The notes under the pieces: model-generated
Seen by the model: the letters and a program-made list of their open reading frames with translations, nothing else
Database searches by the model: none
What the model was told of the DNA's origin: nothing
Origin: Planctomycetota bacterium
GTDB taxonomy: Bacteria > Planctomycetota > UBA1135 > UBA2386
Reading direction: 5' to 3'
NCBI GenBank assembly: GCA_046306335.1
Contig: JBKDXM010000136.1
Span: 31,440 to 95,439, forward strand
DNA length: 64,000 nt
Shown here: positions 38,628 through 49,258 of the stretch, piece by piece
Layout: every line of letters begins with the position of its first letter
Position numbering within the stretch: position 1 is the first letter of the stretch
Made by a program: the position numbers and the translations under genes

Positions 38628-39368
38628 ATGGCTTCGCATCATCCCAAGTCGCCCGCCTCTTCGCGTGTCTATTTTCGCCAGTGGCTCGCCGGCCGTGACT
38701 TCGCCGCCGACGATCCGATCGGCGCGCAGATGGCCAACTACGTCTACGCCGTCGGCGACGCCGACACCGGCGAGGCGGTGCTGGTCGATCCGTGCTACGC
38801 CGTCGACGAGCTGATCGACAAGGCCGCCCACGACGGCATGCGCATCGTCGGCGCGCTGGCGACGCACTACCACCCCGACCACGTCGGCGGCGACCTCTAC
38901 GGCGAGCAGCTGCAGGGCGTGCGCGAACTGCTGGCGCGCTGCCCGTGCAAGGTGCACGTCCAGCGCGCCGAAGCGCCGTGGGTCCAGCGCATGACCGGCT
39001 GCAGCCACGGCGACCTCGCGCTGCACGACAGCGGCGACGTCGTGCGCGTCGGCGAGGTCCCGATCACGCTGATCCACACGCCGGGCCACACGCCCGGCTC
39101 GCAGTGTTTCCTCGTCGACGGCAAGCTGCTCGCCGGCGACACGCTGTTCCTGCAGGGCTGCGGCCGCACCGACTTCCCGGGGGGCGACGCCCGCGAACTG
39201 TACCTGTCGCTGACGCAGAAGCTGGCGCAGGTGCCGGACGACGTCGTGCTGTACCCCGGCCACGCCTACGACCCGCGCGGCCACGCCGGCCTCGGCGAGA
39301 CCCGCCGCAGCAACTTCGTGTTCAAGCCGAAGAGCGAAGCGGAGTGGCTGGCGATGTTCGGCGGCTGA
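38628..39368 (+). CDS. MBL-fold metallo-hydrolase, persulfide dioxygenase (ETHE1/Blh)-like.
   Basis: 246 aa with the metal motifs [10 protein letters not shown] and HTPGHTPGS, and the [18 protein letters not shown] block characteristic of sulfur dioxygenases. Confidence 0.85.
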   Translation: MASHHPKSPASSRVYFRQWLAGRDFAADDPIGAQMANYVYAVGDADTGEAVLVDPCYAVDELIDKAAHDGMRIVGALATHYHPDHVGGDLYGEQLQGVRELLARCPCKVHVQRAEAPWVQRMTGCSHGDLALHDSGDVVRVGEVPITLIHTPGHTPGSQCFLVDGKLLAGDTLFLQGCGRTDFPGGDARELYLSLTQKLAQVPDDVVLYPGHAYDPRGHAGLGETRRSNFVFKPKSEAEWLAMFGG

Positions 39369-39401
39369 TGGGCACGCCCTGGCGCCGCGCTGCGGCGTCC
39401 C

Positions 39402-39407
39402 TATCCT
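39402..39407 (+). promoter_or_regulatory. Candidate -10 box TATCCT, 11 nt upstream of the ppa ATG.
   Basis: The context cCTATCCTCttcgcccccgATG has the same box and spacing as upstream of the PPIase gene. Confidence 0.35.
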
Positions 39408-39418
39408 CTTCGCCCCCG

Positions 39419-40036
<618 letters not shown>

Positions 40037-40065
40037 CCGCCATGCGCCGCGGCGCCGCGCGCCGC

Positions 40066-40071
40066 TATGCT
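40066..40071 (+). promoter_or_regulatory. Candidate -10 box TATGCT immediately upstream of trmB (5 nt to GTG 40077, 8 nt to ATG 40080).
   Basis: The context gCTATGCTCgcccGTGATG has spacing compatible with a leaderless transcript. Confidence 0.3.
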
Positions 40072-40079
40072 CGCCCGTG

Positions 40080-40790
40080 ATGACCAGCGACGACACCGAC
40101 CTGCCGGCGCACAACCCGCGCATGCACCAGGGCGGCAAGCTGGCGTTCCGCGGCCGGGTGCAGGCAGGCGACGACGAGCCGGGCGACCGCCTCGTCATGG
40201 GCGGCAAGAACCCGCCGTCGCTGCGGGAACTCACGCCGCCGGGCTACGCCGACGTCGAGATCGAGATCGGCCCGGGCAAGGGCGCCTTCGTGCGGGCGGC
40301 GACCGCGGCCAAGCCCGGCGTGTTCCTGCTCGGCATCGAGGCCGCGCCCGCCTACGCGACCATGGCGGCGACGCGCCTGCACGAGAGCGGCCGCGGCAAC
40401 GGCCTGTTCCTCGTCGACAACGGCAAGCTGTTCCTTGCCGACCGCGTCGACGCGGGCGAACTCGCCGCCGTGCACGTGTACTTCCCCGACCCGTGGCCCA
40501 AGCGCCGGCACGCCGGCCGCCGCTTCTTCACGCCGGACGTCGTGCCGGTGCTGGCACGGGCGCTGCGCGACGACGGCTGGCTCTACTTCGCCAGCGACAA
40601 CGCCGCGTACTCCGGTCAGGTCGCGCGCGTCATGGGCAGCGCCGGCGACTTCGTCCGCGACGAGGCCGAGGAAGCGCGCGTGCGCGCGCTCGGCCCGGGC
40701 CACGCCTTCTCGCCGACCAACTTCGAACGCAAGTACATCGAGGAAGGCCGCGTCATCCGGCGCTTCGCCTTCCGGAGGCTGCCGCGGTGA
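40080..40790 (+). CDS. trmB: tRNA (guanine46-N7)-methyltransferase TrmB.
   Basis: About 236 aa with EIGPGKGAF, the hallmark FPDPWPKRRH and FERKYIEEGR. An alternative start is GTG 40077, immediately upstream. Confidence 0.9.
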   Translation: MTSDDTDLPAHNPRMHQGGKLAFRGRVQAGDDEPGDRLVMGGKNPPSLRELTPPGYADVEIEIGPGKGAFVRAATAAKPGVFLLGIEAAPAYATMAATRLHESGRGNGLFLVDNGKLFLADRVDAGELAAVHVYFPDPWPKRRHAGRRFFTPDVVPVLARALRDDGWLYFASDNAAYSGQVARVMGSAGDFVRDEAEEARVRALGPGHAFSPTNFERKYIEEGRVIRRFAFRRLPR

Positions 40791-41113
40791 GCGACCGGCG
40801 CTGGGTCGACGTCGGCGCGCTCGCCGACCTTCGCTTCGGTCCCGGCGCGCCGGTGTCGGTCGACGGCCACTGGCTGGCGCTCTTCCGCGTCGATGGCGTC
40901 CTGCGCGCGATCGACAACGCCTGCCCGCACGCGAGCGCGCCGCTGTGCGACGGCGTCGTCACCGGCGGCAAGGTCGCGTGCTTCCTGCACTGCTGGCAGT
41001 TCGACCTCGCCACCGGCGCGTGCGACGTCGGCGAGGCCTGGAACGTCCGCGCCTACGACGTGCGCGAGGAGCACGGCCGCGTGCTGGTGGCGTGGCCAGG
41101 CAAGCCGGCGTAG
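40787..41113 (+). CDS. Small Rieske [2Fe-2S] protein, NirD-like.
   Basis: 108 aa from GTG 40787 (GTGA overlap with the trmB stop). The Rieske ligand boxes are CPHASAPL and CFLHCWQF. Confidence 0.8.
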   Translation: MSDRRWVDVGALADLRFGPGAPVSVDGHWLALFRVDGVLRAIDNACPHASAPLCDGVVTGGKVACFLHCWQFDLATGACDVGEAWNVRAYDVREEHGRVLVAWPGKPA

Positions 41114-41138
41114 GCCGCACCACCGCCGGTCGCGCGCG

Positions 41139-41167
41139 TTGACGGCGGCCCGCCGCCGCGGTCCCAT
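41139..41167 (+). promoter_or_regulatory. Candidate sigma-70-type promoter of the rhodanese gene: TTGACG-N17-TCCCAT, with the -10 box 12 nt from the ATG.
   Basis: TTGACG at 41139-41144, an exact 17-nt spacer and TCCCAT at 41162-41167. The ATG is at 41180. Confidence 0.4.
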
Positions 41168-41179
41168 CGCGCCCCCGCC

Positions 41180-41512
41180 ATGAGCTACCGCGACCTCGAT
41201 CCGACCGACGCGCAGCAGGAACTCGCCGCCGACAAGACGCTGCGCATCCTCGACGTACGCACGCCGCAGGAGCACCAGAGCCACCGCCTGCCGGGTTCCG
41301 TGCTGGTGCCGGTGCAGGAACTGGAGCAGCGCCTGCGCGAACTCGACAAGGACGCCAACTGGCTGGTGCACTGCGAGCACGGCCGCCGCAGCCTGTTCGC
41401 CTGCGAGATCCTGGCCAAGGCCGGCTTCAAGAAGCTCGCCAATCTGCGCGGCGGCATGGCCTACTGGGCCGGCTGCGGCCTGCCGTTCGTGCGCGGCGCC
41501 GGCGGCGCGTGA
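41180..41512 (+). CDS. Single-domain rhodanese (sulfurtransferase).
   Basis: 110 aa with ILDVRTPQEH and the active-site loop CEHGRRS. A sigma-70-like promoter lies directly upstream. Confidence 0.88.
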   Translation: MSYRDLDPTDAQQELAADKTLRILDVRTPQEHQSHRLPGSVLVPVQELEQRLRELDKDANWLVHCEHGRRSLFACEILAKAGFKKLANLRGGMAYWAGCGLPFVRGAGGA

Positions 41513-41534
41513 ACCGCGGCCGCCGCCGGCCTGG

Positions 41535-42671
41535 TCACTTCGGCCAGATCCTGGCGACCTGCCGGCACTCGTCGATCGACGGCACCAGCGCGAGCCGGAT
41601 GTAGCGCTCCTGGCCCTTGCCGAAGAACGACCCCGGCGCGACGACGATGCCGTGCTCGCGCAGCCGCTGCGCGTAGCCCATGCCGTCGCTGCCGGCGGGA
41701 ACCTCGACCCACAGGTACAGGCCGGCCTCGCTGCCGTGCACCGTCAGCCCGCGCTCGCGGCACATGTCGATCAGCACACGGCGCTTCTGCGCGAACGTCG
41801 CGATGCGCTCCTCGACGTGCTTCGGCTCGGTCCACGCCAGCGTCGCCGCCGCCTGCACGAACTCCTGCGGCGCCGTGCCCATGCTGGCGCGGAAGCGCGC
41901 GTAGGTCGCGATCAGGTCGGCGTCGCCGGCGACGAAACCGCTGCGGTAGCCGGTCATGCCCGAGCGTTTGCTCAGCGAGTGCACGACGAGGCAGCCCTTG
42001 CGGCCGAACTGCAGCAGGCTCTTGGGCTGCGCGCCGTCGTACCCGAGGTCGACGTAGCACTCGTCGCTGACCAGCACGAAGCCGTACTCGTCGCGCGCCT
42101 CGACCCAGCGGCGATAGAGCGCGTCGGGCAGGCAGAAGCCGGTCGGGTTGTGCGGGTAGTTGAGGAACACCACCGACGCGCGCTTCAACACCGACTCCGG
42201 CAGCGCGTCGGGGTCGAGCGCATAGCCGTTCGGCAGGCCGAGCTGGGCGGCGTACGTCCACGCCTCGGCGAACAACGCGCCGATCTCGTAGACCGGGTAC
42301 GCCGGCTCGCCGTACAGCACGAGGTCCTTGTCGCTCGGCACCTGCACGAACGTCATCGGCAGGTGGAACAGGCACTCCTTGCTGCCGAGCGTCGCCATCA
42401 CCTCGGTCTCGGCATCGACGGCGACGTCGAAGCGCCGGCGCAGGTAGCCGGCGACCGCGTCGCGCAGCGCCTTCGTGCCCTTCGTCGGCGGGTACTGCGA
42501 GACGTCGGCGACGCCGGCCTTGAGCGCGTCGCGCAGGATCGCCGGCGTCGGCTCGCGCGGGTCGCCGGTGCCGAAGTCGTAGACCGTCTTGCCGGCCTGC
42601 TGCAGCTGCCGCTTCCAGCCGGCGAGCTGCTCCATCGGGTAGGTCGGCAGCTTGCGGAGGCGCTCGTTCAC
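41535..42671 (-). CDS. PLP-dependent aminotransferase, class I/II (DapC/AspC-like).
   Basis: 378 aa from GTG 42671 (GTGA overlap with the upstream stop). It has NYPHNPTG and the PLP-lysine block [14 protein letters not shown]. An alternative start is ATG 42635. Confidence 0.88.
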   Translation of the reverse strand: MNERLRKLPTYPMEQLAGWKRQLQQAGKTVYDFGTGDPREPTPAILRDALKAGVADVSQYPPTKGTKALRDAVAGYLRRRFDVAVDAETEVMATLGSKECLFHLPMTFVQVPSDKDLVLYGEPAYPVYEIGALFAEAWTYAAQLGLPNGYALDPDALPESVLKRASVVFLNYPHNPTGFCLPDALYRRWVEARDEYGFVLVSDECYVDLGYDGAQPKSLLQFGRKGCLVVHSLSKRSGMTGYRSGFVAGDADLIATYARFRASMGTAPQEFVQAAATLAWTEPKHVEERIATFAQKRRVLIDMCRERGLTVHGSEAGLYLWVEVPAGSDGMGYAQRLREHGIVVAPGSFFGKGQERYIRLALVPSIDECRQVARIWPK

Positions 42672-43651
42672 TTGCCCACCTCGCCGCTGCCGGCCTTGGC
42701 GTCCATCGCCGTCTGCATGGCCGCGCGCACGCGCTCCAGCAGCGCCTTCGTCGCCGCGATGCCCGCGTCCTCGGCCAGCTTGCCGCCCTCGTACTCGATG
42801 CCGATGTGGCCGCGCCAGCCGTGCTTGCCGACGACGATCTCCAGCATGCGCGCGTAGTCGGTGTGGACCTCGTTGCCGGCGTCGTCGAAGTCGTGGCTCT
42901 TGGCGCTGACGCCCTTGGCGAACGGCATCAGCTCGTCGACGCCGACGTAGCGGTCGTACGTCTCCTTGTCGCTGACGCGGAAGTTGCCGAAGTCCGGCAG
43001 CGCGCCGCAGCGCGGATGGTCGGCGGCCTTCAGCGTCTCCGCTAGCCACTTGCCGTTGCTCGACAGCCCGCCGTGGTTCTCGACGATGACGTTGACGCCG
43101 TGCTTGTCGCCGAACTCCGAGAGCCGGTGCAGGCCGTCGGCGGCGAGCTTCCTCTGCTCCTCCCAGCTGCCGCGACTCTGCGCGTTGACGCGGATCGAGT
43201 GGCAGCCGAGGAACTTGGCGGCCTCGACCCAGCGGTGGTGGTTCTCGATCGCCTGCGTGCGGCGCTTCTCGTCGGGGTCGCCGAGCGCGCCCTCGCCGTC
43301 GCACATGATCAGCAGGCTCTTCACGCCGGCGTCGTCGCAGCGCTTCTTCAGCTCGGCGAGGTACTTCTCGTCGCGCGCCTTGTCGGCGAAGAACTGGTTG
43401 ACGTACTCGACCGCGCCGATGCCGAGCGCGCGCGCCTTCTTCGGGAAGTCGAGGTTGTCGAGCTCCTTGCCGCGCAGCGTCCGGTGCAGCGACCACTGCG
43501 CAAGGCTGATATCGAACAGCGGCGCGCGCCGCGCGACGGGCGCTGCGGCGCGCAGGAATCCCGGCAGCCCGCAGGCGGCGGCCGCGGCGGCGGCATTGGC
43601 GAGGAACCGGCGGCGGTCGGACGAACAGGGCGGCGTCACCATGGCCAGCAT
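42668..43651 (-). CDS. Tat-exported sugar phosphate isomerase/epimerase (xylose-isomerase-like TIM barrel).
   Basis: About 327 aa with a twin-arginine signal ([17 protein letters not shown]). The TIM-barrel blocks are [21 protein letters not shown] and IGIEYEG. The start is ATG 43651 or 43642. Confidence 0.85.
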   Translation of the reverse strand: MLAMVTPPCSSDRRRFLANAAAAAAACGLPGFLRAAAPVARRAPLFDISLAQWSLHRTLRGKELDNLDFPKKARALGIGAVEYVNQFFADKARDEKYLAELKKRCDDAGVKSLLIMCDGEGALGDPDEKRRTQAIENHHRWVEAAKFLGCHSIRVNAQSRGSWEEQRKLAADGLHRLSEFGDKHGVNVIVENHGGLSSNGKWLAETLKAADHPRCGALPDFGNFRVSDKETYDRYVGVDELMPFAKGVSAKSHDFDDAGNEVHTDYARMLEIVVGKHGWRGHIGIEYEGGKLAEDAGIAATKALLERVRAAMQTAMDAKAGSGEVGK

Positions 43652-43775
43652 TGGACGGACGCCGGCGATCGCGCGCAACCCTCGCCGCGCGGCCGCGCCG
43701 CCGCTATCCTCCCCGCCCTCCGGCCGCCCGCGCGGCCCCACCACCACGCACGCACCCGACTCCGCACCGTCCGCC

Positions 43776-44336
43776 ATGGCGATCCGCGTCACCGAATGCA
43801 AGAAGGGCATGGTCGTCCGCTTCGAGAACGACCTGTACCAGATCACCCGCTACGACCACCTGACTCCGGGCAACCTGCGCGCGATCCACCACGTCTACCT
43901 GAAGAACCTGAAGAACGGCCGCCAGAAGGAGGTGCGCATGAAGACGAGCGACACGCTCGACATCGTGTACCTCGACTCGCGCGAGGCGCAGTACCTGTTC
44001 AAGGACTCGCTCGGCTACACGTTCATGGACAACGAGACGTTCGAGCAGTTCGTGCTCAGCGCCGAGGTCGTCGGCGAGTCGATGCAGTTCATCACCGACA
44101 ACAGCAACGCGACGGTGGTGTTCTGCGAAGGCGAGGCGCTGACGGTGCAGCTGCCGCCGACCGTCACGCTGGAGGTCAAGGAGACCGAGGACGCCGTGCG
44201 CGGCGACACGGTCAGCGCCGTGCAGAAGCCGGCGACGATGTCGACCGGCCTCGTGGTCAAGGTGCCGGCGCACATCAAGGTCGGCGAGATGCTGAAGATC
44301 TCGACCGAGACCGGCGAGTTCATGGGCCGCGCGTGA
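43776..44336 (+). CDS. efp: Elongation factor P with an atypical beta3-beta4 loop (PGNLRA).
   Basis: 186 aa. It aligns without gaps (by eye) to E. coli EF-P across domain I, and carries FMDNETFEQ and [21 protein letters not shown]. The canonical Lys34 position is Asn33 (AAC at 43872-43874). Confidence 0.93.
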   Translation: MAIRVTECKKGMVVRFENDLYQITRYDHLTPGNLRAIHHVYLKNLKNGRQKEVRMKTSDTLDIVYLDSREAQYLFKDSLGYTFMDNETFEQFVLSAEVVGESMQFITDNSNATVVFCEGEALTVQLPPTVTLEVKETEDAVRGDTVSAVQKPATMSTGLVVKVPAHIKVGEMLKISTETGEFMGRA

Positions 44337-45699
44337 CCGCGGCGCGCGGCGCTGCGACGGCCGCGAGGCCGAGCGCGGCGATCGGCAGGACGTGCAGCGT
44401 GGTGCGGTCGGCGGCGACGGCGAGATGCCAGACGACGTCGTGCACCGTGCCGACGAACACCGCCATGTAGGCCGTGAGCGCGAGGCCGCAGGCGACGACG
44501 GCGTGCGCGCCACCGCCGGCGAACACGACGCGGCCGCGCAGCGCAAGGGCCGCGGGCGCACCGACGAACAGGCCGAGCGGCAACCAGCCGGTCGCCGCGC
44601 CGTCGAGCAGCAGATCGAGGTGGTGCGCCAGCACCGTCGGCCCGTTGGTCGTCGCCTGCGCCACGATGCGGGCCGCGAGCCCGGCGCGCCCCGGCGCGTC
44701 GAGCATGTCGCTCGCGAGTCCGTACGCGGCGACGAAGCGGGCCTGGCCGAGCGCGGCGAGCGCCGGCAGCGCCAGCCAAGCCCCACGCCGCCAACCGGCG
44801 ACGGCCCGCCGCGGCCCCGCCAGCGCGCGTTCCGCCGCGAAGGGGGCGATGACCGCGCCGGCGACGAGCAGCCCTTCCTGCTTCGTCGCCACCGCGCCGG
44901 CGAGCAGCACGCAGGCGACCGGCCACCAACGCCGGCCGTCGCCGTCGCGCGCGCGCAGCAGCGCGTCGAAGGCGCCGTACGCCAGCGCCGCCAGCATCAC
45001 GTCCGCGTACGCCGAGCAGCCGTACGCCGGCAGCCGCGTGCCGAGCAGCGCCAGCAACGTCGCGGCGGCCATCGCCGGCCGCGCCCGCGCGGCGAGCGCT
45101 GACGCGAGCAGCACCAGCAACGCCACGCCGAACGCCTGCACCGGCGCGCGATTCTCCCAGTGCAGCACGCGGCCGACGGCCGCGAATGCCTGCGCCTGCG
45201 CCAGCGGGTTGAACAACGGGTAGTCGGCGTGGCTGACGAAGTGCGCCAGCGGTTCGTCGATGCGCGCCCACGGCCCGAGGAACAGCGCCTTGGCCTTCGA
45301 CGCCCAGTTCATCGCCTCGTCGCTGAGGCGGATGGGATCGGCGGCCGCGGCGAGGCAGCGCTCGACGAACAGCGCCACCGCCACGGCCGCTGCCCATGCC
45401 ACGGCGCGCGCGCCGGGGGGTGCTGCGGACGACGGCGCCGGCCGGGCGGCGCGCCGCGCGAGCGCCAGCCCGAGCGCACCCGCGGCGAGCGGCACGACGG
45501 CGCCGTGCACGGGCCAATCGAGGCGCGCCTGCAGCAGCGTCAGCGGGGCCAGCAGGCACTGGCCGAGCAGGTAGCCATGGCTCCACGCGACCGCGCGCGC
45601 GAGGCCGGGCACGCCCATTCCAAGCAGCACGCCGCGCCCGAACACGGCCGGCGCGACGACTGCGACGACGACGATCCAGAGGAAGACCAGCAGCGTCAC
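44320..45699 (-). CDS. Polytopic membrane protein, possibly an ArnT/GT39-like glycosyltransferase.
   Basis: About 459 aa with 10 or more hydrophobic segments and a periplasmic loop (DEAMNWASKAKALFLGPW...HADYPLFNPL). The start is chosen at GTG 45699 (GTGA overlap with the upstream stop). The longest ORF starts at GTG 45747. Confidence 0.65.
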   Translation of the reverse strand: MTLLVFLWIVVVAVVAPAVFGRGVLLGMGVPGLARAVAWSHGYLLGQCLLAPLTLLQARLDWPVHGAVVPLAAGALGLALARRAARPAPSSAAPPGARAVAWAAAVAVALFVERCLAAAADPIRLSDEAMNWASKAKALFLGPWARIDEPLAHFVSHADYPLFNPLAQAQAFAAVGRVLHWENRAPVQAFGVALLVLLASALAARARPAMAAATLLALLGTRLPAYGCSAYADVMLAALAYGAFDALLRARDGDGRRWWPVACVLLAGAVATKQEGLLVAGAVIAPFAAERALAGPRRAVAGWRRGAWLALPALAALGQARFVAAYGLASDMLDAPGRAGLAARIVAQATTNGPTVLAHHLDLLLDGAATGWLPLGLFVGAPAALALRGRVVFAGGGAHAVVACGLALTAYMAVFVGTVHDVVWHLAVAADRTTLHVLPIAALGLAAVAAPRAAVTRGP

Positions 45700-46196
45700 G
45701 GCCGGCTCCACAAGCGCGCGCCACCCGGCAGGTCGACGGCGACCCACGCCTCGGGTTCGCTCGGCGCCGCGTCGCCCCGCAGTTGCAGCACGCGCGCGTC
45801 GCGCCCCGCCGCCCGCAGGCCGGCGGCGACGGCGAAGGGCTCCGGCACGGTCTGCAACCAGGGGTCGGGGTAGGCGAGATTCTGCAACTGCACGATCAGC
45901 CCGTTGCGGCGGTTGATCGCTTCGAATCGTTCCGGCGTCAACGTCGCGAGATCGGCGCTCGGCGCGGCCACGACGACCAGCGCCGGCCGCGGCGCCCGGC
46001 CTTGCAGCGCGAACAGCAGGTCGGCGTCGTCACCGAGCGCGCGGGCGATGCGCGCCGCGGTCGGGTCGAGCAGCCGTTGCCGCCACGTCGGTTGGTCGGG
46101 GGCCGCGATGCGGCGGCCCTCCGCGAGCAGCGTCGCGCCCGCCCGCCACGCCATCGCGACCGTGGCGACGAGCACAAGTGCGGCGGCTTGCTTCAT
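45696..46196 (-). CDS. Hypothetical exported protein.
   Basis: 166 aa from ATG 46196 with an N-terminal signal or anchor (AAALVLVATVAMAW). It sits between larC and the membrane protein in the same orientation. No family was recognised. Confidence 0.5.
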   Translation of the reverse strand: MKQAAALVLVATVAMAWRAGATLLAEGRRIAAPDQPTWRQRLLDPTAARIARALGDDADLLFALQGRAPRPALVVVAAPSADLATLTPERFEAINRRNGLIVQLQNLAYPDPWLQTVPEPFAVAAGLRAAGRDARVLQLRGDAAPSEPEAWVAVDLPGGARLWSRP

Positions 46197-46275
46197 CGCC
46201 CGCGCAGGATGCGGTGCCGTGGCGCCGCGGACAAGGCCCTGGCGCGCTGCCGGCGCCACCGCCAGCGCGCCGCGC

Positions 46276-47493
46276 TCAACGCGACAACCGGCGCAGCGCC
46301 TCGGCCCGACCGAGCCCGCGTTCGGCGCACACGCGGCGCAGTTCGTCGTCCTCGGGCCGCGCCACCACGGCCCCGCTCGGCAGCTTGGCGCACTTGAAGC
46401 GCACCGGGCCGAAGGCAGTGTCGCGCGTCTCCTGCCAGCGCTCGAGCACGCTGCGCTGCACGCGGTGCCGCCGCACGCCGAGCGTGCCGGCTTCCTCCAG
46501 CAGGAACTGCTCCAACGGCCGCGTCCGCGCGTCGTCGCACAGCACGGTCAGCAGCACGCCGGTGCGGCCCTTCTTCATGGTGATGGCGGTGGCGAACGCG
46601 TCGGTCGCGCCGCGGGCCAGCAGTTCGTCGAGCAGCCAACCGATCTGTTCGCCGGTGGCGGTGTCGACGTGGCACTGCAGTTCGCACAACTCGCCGACCG
46701 AGGTCGAAGGCGCGACCGTGCCGATGGACACGCGCAGCAGGTTCGGCGCCTCGGCGTCGTCGCGCGTGCCGGCGCCGTACCCGATCGCCTCGGCCGTGAA
46801 CGTCAGCGGCTCGTCGAAGCGGTCGCACAGCACGCGCAGCAGCGCCGCCCCGGTCGGCGTGGTGCGCTCACCGCGCAGGCCGCCCCAGCGCGCCGGGATG
46901 CCGCGCAGCAGCGCCGCCGTCGCGGGCGCTGGCACCGGCAGCATGCCGTGCTCGGCCTTGACGACGCCGCCGCCCAGCGCGAGGCCGTGGCAATGGACCG
47001 CCTCGACCTGCAGCAGATGCGTGGCGTAGCAGGCGCAGACGACGTCGACGATGGTGTCCTCGGCGCCGACCTCGTGGAAGTGCACCTCGTCGAGGCCGAC
47101 GCCGTGCGCCTGCGCTTCGACCTCGCCGATCGCGCGGTAGACGGCGAGCGCATCGGTGACGACGCCCGGCGGCAGTTCGGCGCGGCCGACGATGCGCTCG
47201 ATGTCGGCGAGACGCCGATGCGCGTGCCCCGGCGCGGCCGCGTTCGCGAGGCGCGACGCCAGCGCCGGCGCGAACGCGACCGCGCTGCCGACCTGGCCCG
47301 GCACGTCGACGACGAAGTGCGTGCCGCTCAGGCCGGCGCGCAGGACCTTCGCGGCGCGGATCGCCACGCCCGGCAGTTGCAGCGAGCGCACCGCCGCGGC
47401 CAGCGGCGCCAACGGCACGCCGGCGTCGAGCAGGGCGCCCACCCACATGTCGCCGGCCACACCGGAGAAGGCATCGAAGACGGCGGTGCGCAT
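46276..47493 (-). CDS. larC: LarC-family nickel insertion protein (DUF111).
   Basis: 405 aa with the N-terminal hallmark FDAFSGVAGDMWVGALLDAGV. Other blocks are HFHEVGAEDTIVDVV, PVPAPAT and the C-terminal MKKGRTG. Confidence 0.88.
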   Translation of the reverse strand: MRTAVFDAFSGVAGDMWVGALLDAGVPLAPLAAAVRSLQLPGVAIRAAKVLRAGLSGTHFVVDVPGQVGSAVAFAPALASRLANAAAPGHAHRRLADIERIVGRAELPPGVVTDALAVYRAIGEVEAQAHGVGLDEVHFHEVGAEDTIVDVVCACYATHLLQVEAVHCHGLALGGGVVKAEHGMLPVPAPATAALLRGIPARWGGLRGERTTPTGAALLRVLCDRFDEPLTFTAEAIGYGAGTRDDAEAPNLLRVSIGTVAPSTSVGELCELQCHVDTATGEQIGWLLDELLARGATDAFATAITMKKGRTGVLLTVLCDDARTRPLEQFLLEEAGTLGVRRHRVQRSVLERWQETRDTAFGPVRFKCAKLPSGAVVARPEDDELRRVCAERGLGRAEALRRLSR

Positions 47494-47586
47494 CGCGTGG
47501 GAACGGCGTTTGCTGCTACGATCGGGCGCGCGGTGCACGACCCGGGTCCGTCCCGGGCGGAATGGCGCGCCGGAGCATAGTACGCG

Positions 47587-49053
47587 ATGGCAACGCAACT
47601 TGGGAACGACGACCGGTCGGACGCGCCGCCGCGCGCGGGGTGGCGCTGCGCCGCCGCCGGCATCGCCTGTGCGATCGCGCTCACCCTCGGCGGCGCGCGT
47701 GCCCAGGCTCCGACGGCGACGGACCTCGTCGTGCGCGCCGCCGCCGGACACCTCGACAGCGCCGACCCGATCGCGCGCGGCGAGGCGGCGCTCGTCGGCG
47801 CGGTCGACGCCGCCCCGACCATCGAGGCGCGCCTGCTGGCGTTGGCGGTCGATCCAGCCCGCGAGGCGCGGTTGCGCGCGCGCATCGCGCTCGGTCTGTG
47901 CCGCTCGCCGACCGCGATCGCTGCGCTCGCGCGCATGGTCGCCGACGACGCCGACGCCGACGACCGCGTGACCGCCGCCTACGGCTTGGGCCTCGCGTCG
48001 GGACCGGAGGCGGAGTCCGCCATCGCCGCGCTGGTCGTCGCCAGCCGCCACGGCAGTTGGAAGCGCAACCGCGACCTCGTGGTCGCGCTGCTGCTGGGCA
48101 TGCAGCGCGACCCGTCGGCGACGGCGACGGCAGCGCTGCGGCAGTTGCTCGACGACGACGCCAACCGCGATCCCGACGTGCGCGCGCTGCTCGCCGCGCG
48201 CGTCGTCCGCCACGACCGTTCGTTCGCCGACAAGCCGCTGCGCCGGTTGGTGCTGCGCGGCGGCGCGGCGGAACGGGCAGCGGCGCGCACCTCGCTCGCC
48301 GAGGCCCACTACGCGCCGCTCGCCGGCGCCCTGCTCGACGACGTCACCAAGGTGGCGGTGCACGATGCGGACGCCGGCGTGCGCGCGGCGGCGCTGGCGG
48401 CGCTGGCGCGCGTGCATCACCTGCCCGCGCTCGACGTCGCCGTGCGCGCCGTGCGCACCGGGTCGCCGGCGGAGGCCCGCCAGGGCCTGCTCTGCCTGCG
48501 GCGTCTGGGCGGCGTCGGCATGCTGCGCGCCGCCGCGCCGGTGATCGCGCAGGAACGCGACGCCGCCCGCGCCGAGGCGCTGTTGTCCGCGTTCGACGCG
48601 CCACCGCCGGCCGAACTGCTCGACCGCTGCCGCGCGCTCGCCACCGACGCCGACCGGCCGTGGTCGTTGCGCGCTGCGGCGGCGACACTGCTCGCGCGGG
48701 CCGAACCCGGCCTCGGCGCGGTCGTGCTGCGCGACCTGTTCCGACAATGCCGCGACGATCGCCGGCTGCCGCAGCTCGCCGCGGCGCTGGTCGCGGCCGA
48801 ACGCGAACCGACGCCGCTGCCGCGGCGTTTCCCGATCGACACGACGCCCGCCAGCGACCCTGCGCGTTGGGCTGCACTGCTGCGGGCCGACGCCGACGGC
48901 GCGCTCGCGGCCGTCACCGCCGCGCTGGTCGGCTCGCCGGGCGCAGCGCCGCCGCGCGTCGCGCTCGCCGCCTACCGATCCGGTCGCATCCTGCCTGCCC
49001 CGACGCATCCGGCGACGCCCGCCGTGCTCGGCGAGGCGCTGCGCGTGGACTGA
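47587..49053 (+). CDS. Secreted HEAT/PBS-lyase-like repeat protein.
   Basis: 488 aa with a signal sequence (AAAGIACAIALTLGGARA). It has repeated Asp-x-x-Val-Arg Ala-rich helical units (DPDVRALLAARV, DADAGVRAAALAALARV, SLRAAAATLLARA). Confidence 0.7.
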   Translation: MATQLGNDDRSDAPPRAGWRCAAAGIACAIALTLGGARAQAPTATDLVVRAAAGHLDSADPIARGEAALVGAVDAAPTIEARLLALAVDPAREARLRARIALGLCRSPTAIAALARMVADDADADDRVTAAYGLGLASGPEAESAIAALVVASRHGSWKRNRDLVVALLLGMQRDPSATATAALRQLLDDDANRDPDVRALLAARVVRHDRSFADKPLRRLVLRGGAAERAAARTSLAEAHYAPLAGALLDDVTKVAVHDADAGVRAAALAALARVHHLPALDVAVRAVRTGSPAEARQGLLCLRRLGGVGMLRAAAPVIAQERDAARAEALLSAFDAPPPAELLDRCRALATDADRPWSLRAAAATLLARAEPGLGAVVLRDLFRQCRDDRRLPQLAAALVAAEREPTPLPRRFPIDTTPASDPARWAALLRADADGALAAVTAALVGSPGAAPPRVALAAYRSGRILPAPTHPATPAVLGEALRVD

Positions 49054-49179
49054 GAACCGCACGACGAGCCATTCAACGGGCTCGCTGATCGCCCCCGGTG
49101 GTCGCGGGGAGTCTGCGTCGCGGGACGCGCGCCGAGCCGGTGCGTGGATGCGCGGTCGGGGCGAAGCCGACGACCGCAC

Positions 49180-49197
49180 GCGAATCGGTGGATTCGC
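49180..49197. terminator. Perfect 7-bp stem / 4-nt loop hairpin in the convergent gap between the HEAT-repeat gene and the Mla operon.
   Basis: GCGAATC-GGTG-GATTCGC. There is no U-tract on either strand, so a terminator function is only a guess. Confidence 0.25.
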
Positions 49198-49258
49198 CGA
49201 GGATCGACGGCCGGTGCTCCGGCCCTGGGACGCCGCGTCGTGGCCGGCGGCGCCGACC

